Source: an uncultured Candidatus Rokubacteria bacterium (GTDB taxonomy: Bacteria > Methylomirabilota > Methylomirabilia > Rokubacteriales > DASRDR01). Taken from it: 64,000 nt of DNA. Both the position numbers and the translations under genes were made by a program. The stretch spans positions 480,001 through 544,000 of the forward strand of contig CAWGVS010000010.1 of the NCBI GenBank assembly GCA_963826115.1, written 5' to 3'. Below, piece by piece: positions 55,380 to 64,000 of the stretch; positions within the stretch are counted from its first letter, which is position 1, and every line of letters begins with the position of its first letter. The notes beneath the pieces are model-generated. The model ran no database searches. It was not told the origin of the DNA and saw only the letters and a program-made list of their open reading frames with translations.

Positions 55380-56501
55380 ATGAGCCGCCCGAGCCGCCTG
55401 CCGAGCTGGGTCGTTGCCGCGTCGCTCGCCGTCGTCTCGACGCTCGTCTCCCTCGCGCTCGCCGAGGCGCTTCTTCGAAGGGTGTACCGGCTCGAGGATC
55501 TCTTCGCCCAGCGGCAGTACGAGCCGGCCGTCGCCTCCGAGGGCTGGCAGCGCGCTTTCGTGCGCGACTACGGGCGGCTCCGGAAGACGGGCCGGCTGGG
55601 CACCGACCTCGGCGGCTACGTGCACGACCCCGAGCTCGGGTGGGACACGCCGAACCACGTCCGCGGACCCCGCGGCTACCCGGTGGAGCGCCAACCGGGC
55701 GTGTTTCGCGTGGCCGTCGTCGGCGATTCGTTCGCCTACGGCGCCGAGGTGGGCGACGACGAGACCTTCCCGCATCGCCTCGAGACACGCCTCGCGCGGG
55801 GCGAGGTCCTGAACCTGGGCGTGCGCGCCTACGGGATCGACCAGATGGTCCTGAAGTACCTGAAGCGCGGCCGGGCCTATCGCCCGGACCTCCTGATCGT
55901 GGCGATCTGGACCCTCGACTACACGCGCACGCCGCTCACCTTCTACCGCTTCGCCAAGCCGCTCTACGTGCTGGACCGGGACACGCGGGCGCTGGCCCTG
56001 ACGCGGACGCCGATCCCGCCGCCGGACGAGGTGTACGCGACCCTCCGGCGCGAGCTCGGGTTCCTCTCCTACACCTACACCCTGGTCCGCGAGCGGCTCG
56101 GCGGCCGGCCCGACGCCGAGACGTACTTCCGGCGGTGGGACCCGCTGGTCCGCGCGGTCCTCGGCCGGCTCGTCGAGACGGCGAGGGCGGACGGCACGCC
56201 CGTGCTGTTCCTGCTCATCGAGCACGGCCTCGAGCTCGCGAGCGACGAGGGCGTCGTCACGATGTGCTGCGAGCGGAAGCACCTCCTCGACATCTTCCAC
56301 GGCCTGGGCGTCGACGCGATCGACGTCGGCGTGGCGCTCTCGAAGCGGCACTCGCGCGCGACGGTATATGACCGCCTGTACATCCACCATCGCGGGGTGC
56401 CCAGCGGGCACTTCACGCCGCTCGGCAACGACGCCGTCGCCCGAGAGCTCGCGGACTACATCCGCGGCAAGTTCGGCGCGACCGTCGTCGGCCCGGGCTG
56501 A
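55380..56501 (+). CDS. Membrane-anchored SGNH/GDSL hydrolase family protein
   Basis: VVGDSFAYG, VLNLGVRAYG, GHFTPLGN; N-terminal TM. Confidence 0.85.
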   Translation: MSRPSRLPSWVVAASLAVVSTLVSLALAEALLRRVYRLEDLFAQRQYEPAVASEGWQRAFVRDYGRLRKTGRLGTDLGGYVHDPELGWDTPNHVRGPRGYPVERQPGVFRVAVVGDSFAYGAEVGDDETFPHRLETRLARGEVLNLGVRAYGIDQMVLKYLKRGRAYRPDLLIVAIWTLDYTRTPLTFYRFAKPLYVLDRDTRALALTRTPIPPPDEVYATLRRELGFLSYTYTLVRERLGGRPDAETYFRRWDPLVRAVLGRLVETARADGTPVLFLLIEHGLELASDEGVVTMCCERKHLLDIFHGLGVDAIDVGVALSKRHSRATVYDRLYIHHRGVPSGHFTPLGNDAVARELADYIRGKFGATVVGPG

Positions 56502-56516
56502 GGTGGCCGGGCGAGC

Positions 56517-57860
56517 ATGACGGGGCGAGGGCCGCTCGCGCGCCTTCGGGTGCCGCCGTGGCGGAAGGTCGCCGCCGGCCTCTGGAACCGGCTCCCGCTC
56601 CCGTTCGAGCGGATGGCGGTCCGGATCGACGACGACGCGCCCGGCCGGTCGCCCGTCGATGGCCCACCGCTCAACAAGATCCTCGATCGCGCCGACTGGG
56701 AGCATCCGGCCTGGCGCCGCGCGCTGGAGGACCTCGGCTACTCCGCCGACCCGGCCCGCCTCCACCGGAAGGAGTGGGAGTTCGCCCAGGGCGTGTACGG
56801 GCTCCGGAAGCTCGGCTGCCTGTCGCCGCGCGCCGCCGCCCTCGGGCTCGGCGCCGGCGCCGAGCCCATCATCTTCTTCCTGGCCGGCCGCCTGGCGCGG
56901 GTGGTCGCCACCGACCTCTACGCGGGGGAGTTCAGCGCCCAGGAGGCGGACCCGCGCATGCTCCGCGATCCGGAGGCGTTCGCCCCGTTCTCGTACCATC
57001 GCGACCGCCTCGAGGTGCGCCGCATGGATGCGACGGCGATCGACTACTCGCCGGAGTCGTTCGACGTCGTCTTCTCGTTCTCGTCCATCGAGCACTTCGG
57101 CACCCGCCGCGCCCAGCGCGCGTGCTTGGCGTCGATCTTCCGGGTCCTCCGGCCGGGCGGCGTGGCGGTGCTGACGACCGAGGTGATCCTGAACGCGTGG
57201 GGCCGGCACGGCGACTACTTCCGCGTGGAGGAGCTCCTCGACGACCTGATCCCGGGGGCCGGGTTCCGTCTCGCCGGCGGCGATTTCTCCTTCGCCACGA
57301 GCCGGGCGACCCTCGACGGCCTGGTGCGGCTGCCGCACGAGATCGACCGGCGCCCGCACCTGGTCCTGCGCCGCTGGCGGACCTACTTCACCTCGGCGGC
57401 GTGCTTTCTCGAGAAGCCCGCGCCGCCGGGAACGCCGCCGACGCGCCGGGCGGTGCGCGGCGAGGAGGTCCCGGTGGGGCTCCCGCCCCTCCTGCGGGCG
57501 CGGCTCGACGCGACGCCGGAAGCGCTGTCCGTCCGGCGCGCGGCGCCGTACGCGCTGACCGCGCGCGTCGAGAACACGGGCCACGCGCCGTGGCCCGCGT
57601 CGTCGCCGGACGGATTCGGCCACGTCCGGCTGGGCGCCCACCTGATCGCCGACGGAAGCGCCCCGGCGGTCCAGGACTACGGCCGGGCCAGCCTGCCGCG
57701 GGACCTCGCGCCGGGCGCGTCGGCGACCGTCACGATCGAGCTCCGCGCGCCCGACGAGCCCGGGCGCTACCGGGTGGCGCTGGACATGGTCCGGGAAGGC
57801 GTCGCGTGGTTCTCGAGCCGTGAGCCGTCGAGCGTCACGGTGTCCCTGACCGTGACGTGA
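56517..57860 (+). CDS. Class I SAM methyltransferase with C-terminal Ig-like (NBR1-like) domain
   Basis: HRKEWE, LGLGAGAE, FSFSSIEHFG; VENTGHAPW...APDEPGRY...DMVREGVAWF. Confidence 0.82.
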   Translation: MTGRGPLARLRVPPWRKVAAGLWNRLPLPFERMAVRIDDDAPGRSPVDGPPLNKILDRADWEHPAWRRALEDLGYSADPARLHRKEWEFAQGVYGLRKLGCLSPRAAALGLGAGAEPIIFFLAGRLARVVATDLYAGEFSAQEADPRMLRDPEAFAPFSYHRDRLEVRRMDATAIDYSPESFDVVFSFSSIEHFGTRRAQRACLASIFRVLRPGGVAVLTTEVILNAWGRHGDYFRVEELLDDLIPGAGFRLAGGDFSFATSRATLDGLVRLPHEIDRRPHLVLRRWRTYFTSAACFLEKPAPPGTPPTRRAVRGEEVPVGLPPLLRARLDATPEALSVRRAAPYALTARVENTGHAPWPASSPDGFGHVRLGAHLIADGSAPAVQDYGRASLPRDLAPGASATVTIELRAPDEPGRYRVALDMVREGVAWFSSREPSSVTVSLTVT

Positions 57861-57873
57861 TCCGTCCGGCCGC

Positions 57874-59943
57874 CTAGACTCGCTCGACCTCCACGCGGTT
57901 GTCGTGGAAGACCGCCCCGCCGCCCATGTCCGAGTCCCGCTCGTCCACGGTGACGTTGACGGTCGCGTCGCCCTTCACGTGGCGCGGCCAGCGGCCCTTG
58001 GTGCTGGCCACCAGGCCCCGGCGGACGCGGTCGGACACCTCGACGCGCGCGACGAACGCGCCGCGGTCGTTGAAGACGCGCGCCTCCTGCCCGGTCTCGA
58101 GACCGCGCGCCGTCGCGTCCTCCGGGTGGATCCGGACGATCGGCGGCCCCGACCGCTTCATCTGGTCGCCGACGTTGGCGAACAGGGAGTTCAGGAAGTA
58201 GTGGTCGGCCCCGGCGATCAGCGCCAGCGGGTAGCGCGCGGCGAGCGGGGTGTCCCGCTGGGCCGCCTCGTGCGGCGGGGTATACCCGGCCAGCGGGTCG
58301 AGGCCCGCCTTCACCATGCGCTCGGTCCGGAACTCGAGCTTGCCGGACGGGGTGGGGAAGCCGTGGGCGAACGGCACGAACGGCTCGGGGTACTTGACCC
58401 GCATCCAGCCGCGCGCCTTCAGCGCCTCGAGGGTGATCCCGTCTAGCGCCGGATGCCCGGAGCCGAGGACCTGGCGCGCCAGGTCGTCGTCGCTGTCGTA
58501 CAGCGCGGGCGCGTCGAGCCCGAGGCGCTTCGCCAGCCGCCGGAAGATCTCGGTCGACGAGAGACACTCGCCCGGCGGCGGCACGGCCGGCTCGTTCCAG
58601 GAGATGTAGAGGTGCCCGTAGGCGATCTGGAGGTCGGCGTGCTCGAGCTGCATGGTCGACGGCAGGACGATGTCGGCGTACTCGACGGTGTCCGTCCGGA
58701 AGTGCTCGACCACCACGGTGAAGAGATCGGGCCGCTCCAGGCCGCGCCGGATCTTCGACTGGTGGGGCACGCTGGCGAGCGGGTTGCTGGCGGAGACGAA
58801 CAGCGCCTTGACCGGCGGGTTGTCGAGATCGAGGAGCCCCTCGCCGAGCCGCGTCATCGTCAGGACGCGCGTGCCGGGGCGCCGCAGGTCGTCGCGGTAC
58901 AGGGCCGGCCAGTCGACCCCGAAGAACCCGCGGGTGTCGTACCCGGCCCCACCGCCGGGATAGCGCCAGTCGCCCGTGACGCCGGGAATGCACGTGATGG
59001 TGCGGACGGCCATGCCGCCGCCGCCGTGTCGCTGAAGCCCCATGGTCAGCCGGATCCCGGTGGGCCGCGTGTGGGCGATCCGCTTCCCGAGGTCGACGAT
59101 CGCCTCGACCGGGAGGCCGCAGATGTCGGCGACGCGGTCCGGCGGGTACTCGAGGATGCGCGCGCGGAACTCGTCCCAGCCCAGCGTGTGCTGGCCGATG
59201 AACTCCTTGTCCTCCGCGCCCTCGGCGAGCACGACGTGGAGGAGGCCGAGCGCCAGCGCGGCGTCGGTCCCGGGGATCGGCGCCAGGTGGGTGTCGGCGG
59301 CGTCCGCGGTGCGGGTCCGGATCGGGTCGATGACGACGAGGCGGGCGCCCTGCTGGCGCGCCATGGTGATGCTGCGCCAGAGGTGGAGGTTGGTGCTCAG
59401 CGTGTTGCTGCCCCAGAGGACGATGAGCTTCGAGAACCGGAGCGTCTCCGGGTCCATCCCGACGCGGTTGTCGCCGAGGGTGTAGCCGGTGCCGACGCCG
59501 CCGGCGATCGTGCAGATCGTCATCACGTGCTGCGACGTCCCGAGCACGTTCCACAGCCGGCGCCCCGCGGCGTAGCAGCCCTGGAGGAGGCCCATGCTGC
59601 CGGAGCCGAGGTAGGGCCAGATGGCCTCCGCGCCGAACTCCCGAATGATGCGGTCGAGCCGCTCGGCGATCTCGTCGAGCGCGTCGTCCCAGGAGATGCG
59701 CTGGAAGGTTCCGTGCCCCTTGGGGCCGACGCGTCGGAGCGGATGGAGGAGGCGGTCCGGCGACTGGCTGTAGGCGACGTAGCCGTTCACCTTGTTGCAG
59801 AGCACGCCGCGCGTGAAGGGATGGTCGGGGTCGCCCCGGAGGTCGACCGCCCGACCGTCCTTGACGGTGACGATCCAGCTGCAGGTGTCCGGGCAGTCCA
59901 GCGGGCACGCCCCCAGGACCCGTCGCGATCCGTCCCCCGCCAT
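57874..59943 (-). CDS. Molybdopterin oxidoreductase (uncharacterised cytoplasmic DMSOR-family clade)
   Basis: CPLDCPDTC...LCNK, TIC Cys ligand, PTPSGKLEF; no Tat signal; GGAGG RBS. Confidence 0.9.
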   Translation of the reverse strand: MAGDGSRRVLGACPLDCPDTCSWIVTVKDGRAVDLRGDPDHPFTRGVLCNKVNGYVAYSQSPDRLLHPLRRVGPKGHGTFQRISWDDALDEIAERLDRIIREFGAEAIWPYLGSGSMGLLQGCYAAGRRLWNVLGTSQHVMTICTIAGGVGTGYTLGDNRVGMDPETLRFSKLIVLWGSNTLSTNLHLWRSITMARQQGARLVVIDPIRTRTADAADTHLAPIPGTDAALALGLLHVVLAEGAEDKEFIGQHTLGWDEFRARILEYPPDRVADICGLPVEAIVDLGKRIAHTRPTGIRLTMGLQRHGGGGMAVRTITCIPGVTGDWRYPGGGAGYDTRGFFGVDWPALYRDDLRRPGTRVLTMTRLGEGLLDLDNPPVKALFVSASNPLASVPHQSKIRRGLERPDLFTVVVEHFRTDTVEYADIVLPSTMQLEHADLQIAYGHLYISWNEPAVPPPGECLSSTEIFRRLAKRLGLDAPALYDSDDDLARQVLGSGHPALDGITLEALKARGWMRVKYPEPFVPFAHGFPTPSGKLEFRTERMVKAGLDPLAGYTPPHEAAQRDTPLAARYPLALIAGADHYFLNSLFANVGDQMKRSGPPIVRIHPEDATARGLETGQEARVFNDRGAFVARVEVSDRVRRGLVASTKGRWPRHVKGDATVNVTVDERDSDMGGGAVFHDNRVEVERV

Positions 59944-60133
59944 GGCGCCGTCCCTCCTGAAACTATGCTCCACACCGCGCCCTCGCGGATCAATTACCTG
60001 GGAGGTAAGGGCCCGGCGGGCGGCCGGGGCGCTATCATGAAAGGACTCATGGACCGGCTGATGGTCGTTCGAGTCGGGGCGTGGCGGCTCTCGCGGCCGT
60101 CCAGCCAGCCGCCGGCCCGCTGCGGGTAGCCGG

Positions 60134-61207
60134 ATGGGACGGGCGCGGCTCCGCGACCTCGGCCTTCGCACCGGGCAGCTCCCGCCCGGGCCGCTCAACG
60201 CCATCACCGACGTCGCCGACGTACGCGTCGGCCACGCGACCGTCGTCCACGACACCCCCTCCGTCGCGCGCACCGGCGTGACCGCGATCTGGCCGACGGA
60301 TGCGGACGTCTGGACCCATCCCGTGGCCGCCGGGTACCACTCCTTCAACGGCAACGGCGAGATGACCGGCGCGCTCTGGCTCGACGAGCAGGGGCTGCTG
60401 GCGACGCCCGTGTGCCTCACCAACACCCACTCGGTCGGCGTGGTCCGGGACGCCGTCGTCGCCTACGCCGTGCGGGAGCGCGTGCCGCAGCCGTGGCTCC
60501 TGCCGGTCGTGGCCGAGACCCACGACGGCTGGCTCAGCGAGGCGGACCGGTTCCCGGTCACGGCGGCCCACACCTTCGCGGCGCTCGACGTCGCCGCGGG
60601 CGGCGCGGTGGCGGAGGGGTGTGTGGGGGGCGGCACGGGCATGATCTGCCACGAGTTCAAGGGCGGGATCGGCACGGCGTCGCGCCGGGTCGCGGCCGCC
60701 GGCGCGAGCTGGACCGTGGGCGCGCTCGTGCAGGCGAACTACGGCTCGCGGGACCTCCTGCGCGTCGACGGCGTGCCGGTGGGGCTCGAGATCGGCCGCG
60801 ACGAGGTGCCGTCGCACCGCGGCATTCCGGCCCACGAGGGATCGATCATCGTGGTGCTGGCGACCGACGCGCCGCTCTTGCCGATCCAGTGCCGGCGGCT
60901 CGCCCAGCGGGCGACGGTGGGCCTCGCCTGGGTCGGCGGCATCGGCGCGAACGGAAGCGGCGACATCTTCCTCGCGTTCTCGACCAGCAACCGCGTGGCG
61001 CTCGCCGCCCCCCGGTCACGGCTCGAGATGGTCGCGCCGGACGAGATGACCCCGCTCTTCCAGGCGGCGGCGGAGGCGACCGAGGAAGCGATCCTCAACG
61101 CGCTGACCGCGGCCGAGACGACCACCGGCCGGTCCGGACGCACGGTCCACGCGCTGCCGCTCGACCGGCTGCGTGAGGTCATGCGCCACTACCGGCGCGC
61201 CGACTAG
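60134..61207 (+). CDS. DmpA/P1 family aminopeptidase
   Basis: NAITDVADVRVGH, GGGTGM, FKGGIGTASR, NGSGD autocleavage site. Confidence 0.92.
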   Translation: MGRARLRDLGLRTGQLPPGPLNAITDVADVRVGHATVVHDTPSVARTGVTAIWPTDADVWTHPVAAGYHSFNGNGEMTGALWLDEQGLLATPVCLTNTHSVGVVRDAVVAYAVRERVPQPWLLPVVAETHDGWLSEADRFPVTAAHTFAALDVAAGGAVAEGCVGGGTGMICHEFKGGIGTASRRVAAAGASWTVGALVQANYGSRDLLRVDGVPVGLEIGRDEVPSHRGIPAHEGSIIVVLATDAPLLPIQCRRLAQRATVGLAWVGGIGANGSGDIFLAFSTSNRVALAAPRSRLEMVAPDEMTPLFQAAAEATEEAILNALTAAETTTGRSGRTVHALPLDRLREVMRHYRRAD

Positions 61208-61221
61208 CCGACGGAACGGAG

Positions 61222-61632
61222 ATGACGTTCGCGATCAAGGCCGAGGTGCGCAATGCGCGGGCGAAGGCGTTCGCCTTCGCCGCGCAGAAGACGATGTATG
61301 GCGGCAAGCGCATCGCCAAGGGCGACGCGATCTTCGTGTTCGCGAGCGAGAACGAGAGCGGCCAGGGCCTGATCGCGCGCGGGGTGGTCACCTCGGCCGA
61401 GGCGGTCGCGAGGGAGCCCGGCCTCGCCCGGCAGACGCCGCGCGTGAGCATCAGGGTCAGGCGCACGGCGCTCGCGACGCGCCGTCTCGGACGGCGCGAG
61501 CTCAAGCCCTTCACGAGCTGGAACGACGGCGGCTCCCGAACGGAGCTCAACTTCAAGTTCTACCGCCAGGCGACGAACAAGATCGTGGGCATCTCGGACC
61601 GAGCGGCGACATTCCTCGACGGCTACTTCTGA
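61222..61632 (+). CDS. Conserved hypothetical protein (possibly PUA/EVE-like)
   Basis: Coding bias; KTMYGGKRIAKGDAIFVFASENE. Confidence 0.7.
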   Translation: MTFAIKAEVRNARAKAFAFAAQKTMYGGKRIAKGDAIFVFASENESGQGLIARGVVTSAEAVAREPGLARQTPRVSIRVRRTALATRRLGRRELKPFTSWNDGGSRTELNFKFYRQATNKIVGISDRAATFLDGYF

Positions 61633-61711
61633 CCGTAGGGTGGTCAGGAGGGGTCGCGCCCAAGCGCGCGCGAGTCGCTCCTGACCGCGGAGTCGAGCGC
61701 GGCTCTCGGGG

Positions 61712-61873
61712 TCAGTCGATGACCTCGTCGATGCGGGCCAAGAGGGACGGTGGCACCTCGAGGCCCGGTGTCTTGGCCCTCTTCTGGTTGACCACGAACT
61801 GGTTGACCACGAACTCGAACCGGCTCGACTGTCCGACCGGACGGTCGGCGGGCTTGGCGCCCTTGAGAATCCG
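61712..61873 (-). pseudogene. C-terminal remnant of an ABC_sub_bind-type substrate-binding protein, with a 15-nt tandem duplication
   Basis: Reads [53 protein letters not shown]-stop; no N-terminal part. Confidence 0.7.
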
Positions 61874-61888
61874 CCCGGCATTCCGAGC

Positions 61889-61935
61889 TTGACACCGGCA
61901 GAGCCATTGACGTAACTAACTAATGGGTTAACTAG
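61889..61935 (+). promoter_or_regulatory. AT-rich promoter/operator region
   Basis: TTGACA (61889), TTGACG (61907), TAACTAACTAATGGGTTAACTA upstream of the TPP enzyme. Confidence 0.5.
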
Positions 61936-62057
61936 AGCGCGGCACCGGCAGACCGGGAGCGGCTGATCGGGCCCCCCTCCTGGGCTGCCGCCCCATCGAC
62001 GGAGCCCGGGACGGCGGCGAGCGGACGCCGCGGACGCGAAGCAGGGAGGACCCACCG

Positions 62058-63809
62058 ATGACCGGAGCCGAGTTCGTCGCGGAGTGCCTCAGCCGGGAGG
62101 GCGTCTCGAAGGTCTTCGGCCAGTGCGGCCACACGAACCTCGCCCTGATCGACGCCCTCCCCAAGGTGGGGATCGACTTCGTATCCTTCCGGCACGAGCA
62201 GCTGGCCGCGCACGCCGCCGACGCGTACTTCCGCGTGTCGCACAAGCTCGCGGTCGTTCTGGTGCACCTCTCCCCGGGCCTCACGAACGCCCTCACCGGC
62301 GTGGTGACGGCCGCCGCGGATCTGACGCCGATGGTCGTGATCTCGGGTAACACGCCGGCGTACAACCACGCCCGCGACGGGCACCAGTGCATCCGCTTCC
62401 ACGCGGACGCCTCGCAGGGCGACATCTTCCGGCCGCTCTGCAAGCGGGTGTGGCGGGTGGACGACCCCGAGCTCCTGCCCGACGTGATGCCGCGCGCGCT
62501 GAACCTCGCCCAGAGCGGGCGGCCCGGGGCGGTGCTGATCGACGTGCCGATGGACGTCTTCTCGCGCCAGGTGAAGGGCCGCGTGCCGGACTTGCGGAGC
62601 CGGCGGCCGGGCCGGCACCGGGCGGCCGGGGCCGACGCCGCGATCGCCGAGGCCGCCGACCTCTTGCTCCAGGCGACCCGTCCCGTGATCTTCGCCGGTA
62701 ACGGCGTCCACCTCTCGGAGGCCTGGAGCGAGCTCAGGGATCTCGCCGAGCACGCCGGCATCCCGGTGGCGACGACGCTCATGGGGAAAGGCGCCTTTCC
62801 GGAGGACCACCCGCTGTCGGTCGGCATGACCGGCATCTGGGGCACGCGGCTCGCCAACGAGACGACCCGGGGCGCGGACGTCATCCTGGCGGTCGGCACC
62901 GGATTCGGCGAGGCCGACTGCAGCTCCTGGAACCCCCAGTACACCTTCGCGATCCCACCGTCCCGCCTGATCCAGATCGACGCCGATCCGCCCGAGATCG
63001 GCAAGACCTACCCAGTCGAGGTGGGCATCGTGGGCGACGCGAAGGCGAGCCTGGCCAAGCTCCTGGAGCGGATCCGGGCGCGGACGCCGCGCGTCGACTG
63101 GCAAGGGTCACGCCGGGCCGCCGAGCTCGAGACGGTGCGGAAGGGGTGGCTCGGCGACCTCGCGGAGAGCCAGCGTGACGGCGGCCGACCCATCCACCCG
63201 GCGCGGCTCCTCGCCGAGCTGAACCGGGCCCTCCCGGAGGACGCCATCGTCGTCACCGACGTCGGCTGGAACAAGAACGGCGCGGGCCAGCAGCTCGTGA
63301 CGCGGCGGCCGCTCACCTTCATCACGAGCGGCGGCATGGCGACCATGGGGTACGCGCCGGCGGCCGCGATCGGGGCCAAGATCGCCTGTCCGCGCCAGCC
63401 GGTCGTCGCGCTGGTCGGGGACGGCGGCTTCATGTCCACCTGCGGCGCGCTCGCGACCGCGGTGGAGCTGGGGACGCCGGTCGTGTGGGTGCTCTTCAAC
63501 AACTACTGCTTCTCGACGATCCGCACGATGGGCGAGGCCTACTTCAAGAGCACGTACGGCACCGAGTTCACGACGCCCGACGGCCAGCCGTACAACCCCG
63601 ACTTCCAGCTCCTGGCGAAGGCCCACGGCATCGAGGCGCGACTGGTCGAGGATCCCGACGAGCTCCCGCGCGTCCTGCGGGAGTGCCTCGCCCTCAATGC
63701 GCCCTGCGTGCTCGAGGTCCGGACGCGGGGCGACCTGCCGATGCCCAGGACCGGTTACTGGGACATCGCCGAGTTCCTCACGCCCGACCGGGCGGGCATC
63801 GGCGACTGA
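62058..63809 (+). CDS. Thiamine-pyrophosphate-dependent enzyme (acetolactate synthase-like)
   Basis: FRHEQLAAHAAD, SGRPGAVLIDVP, GDGGFM...NN. Confidence 0.92.
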   Translation: MTGAEFVAECLSREGVSKVFGQCGHTNLALIDALPKVGIDFVSFRHEQLAAHAADAYFRVSHKLAVVLVHLSPGLTNALTGVVTAAADLTPMVVISGNTPAYNHARDGHQCIRFHADASQGDIFRPLCKRVWRVDDPELLPDVMPRALNLAQSGRPGAVLIDVPMDVFSRQVKGRVPDLRSRRPGRHRAAGADAAIAEAADLLLQATRPVIFAGNGVHLSEAWSELRDLAEHAGIPVATTLMGKGAFPEDHPLSVGMTGIWGTRLANETTRGADVILAVGTGFGEADCSSWNPQYTFAIPPSRLIQIDADPPEIGKTYPVEVGIVGDAKASLAKLLERIRARTPRVDWQGSRRAAELETVRKGWLGDLAESQRDGGRPIHPARLLAELNRALPEDAIVVTDVGWNKNGAGQQLVTRRPLTFITSGGMATMGYAPAAAIGAKIACPRQPVVALVGDGGFMSTCGALATAVELGTPVVWVLFNNYCFSTIRTMGEAYFKSTYGTEFTTPDGQPYNPDFQLLAKAHGIEARLVEDPDELPRVLRECLALNAPCVLEVRTRGDLPMPRTGYWDIAEFLTPDRAGIGD

Positions 63810-63811
63810 CC

Positions 63812-64000
63812 ATGCAGGCGTTCGTGAAGACGGCCCCGGGCAAGGGGAACATGGAGCTCCGGGACGTGCCCATCCCCGTGCCTCTGGCCGGCGAGGCGCT
63901 CGTCGAGGTCGTCCGGTCCGGCGTGTGCGGGACGGAGGTGCTCGTCCACGACGATCTGTACCGGGGACGGAACCGGCCGATGCCGTTCCCCCTCATCGTC
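63812..64000 (+). CDS. Zinc-binding (MDR) alcohol dehydrogenase, 3' truncated by window edge
   Basis: MQAFVKTAPGKGNMELRDVPIP...GVCGTE; starts 2 nt after the upstream stop; absent from the ORF track. Confidence 0.75.
   Translation, partial: MQAFVKTAPGKGNMELRDVPIPVPLAGEALVEVVRSGVCGTEVLVHDDLYRGRNRPMPFPLIV

Noticed and set aside
55206-57641. N-terminal 800 aa of the 2214-aa ORF
   Set aside because: Antisense to the SGNH and methyltransferase genes; recognisable domains start at about 55196.

Overview
High-GC bacterial window with about 54 tightly packed genes. It is probably Candidatus Rokubacteria/Methylomirabilota, inferred only from gene-family style. I found no rRNA, tRNA, CRISPR array, transposase or integrase. 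From left to right: (1) an AspT/YidE antiporter, SYLF protein, GH63, GH13 and several uncharacterised exported proteins; (2) nrfHA, with a non-canonical CxxCH first heme motif in NrfA; (3) a xanthine-dehydrogenase-family trio with MoaD; (4) a split, re-ordered NAD-linked formate dehydrogenase whose catalytic gene reads through an in-frame UGA followed by an fdhF-like SECIS, so the ORF track breaks one selenoprotein into two ORFs; (5) an orphan periplasmic electron-transfer module (EB_dh-like cytochrome, tetraheme cytochrome, Tat mini-protein, NrfC, NrfD) followed by USP, gltA, malic enzyme and CBS genes; (6) regulator/methyltransferase/cupin and LLM/CMD/AhpD modules; (7) two large 'inverted' sigma54-activator-HTH-STAND-TPR fusions, one facing a near-consensus -24/-12 promoter that precedes an exported protein; (8) a DUF899/DUF2182 module, fur-katG with a promoter and Fur-like box, SGNH/methyltransferase genes, a molybdopterin oxidoreductase, DmpA, and a TPP enzyme with a truncated MDR dehydrogenase. 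All family assignments come from motif recognition by eye; no database searches were run.
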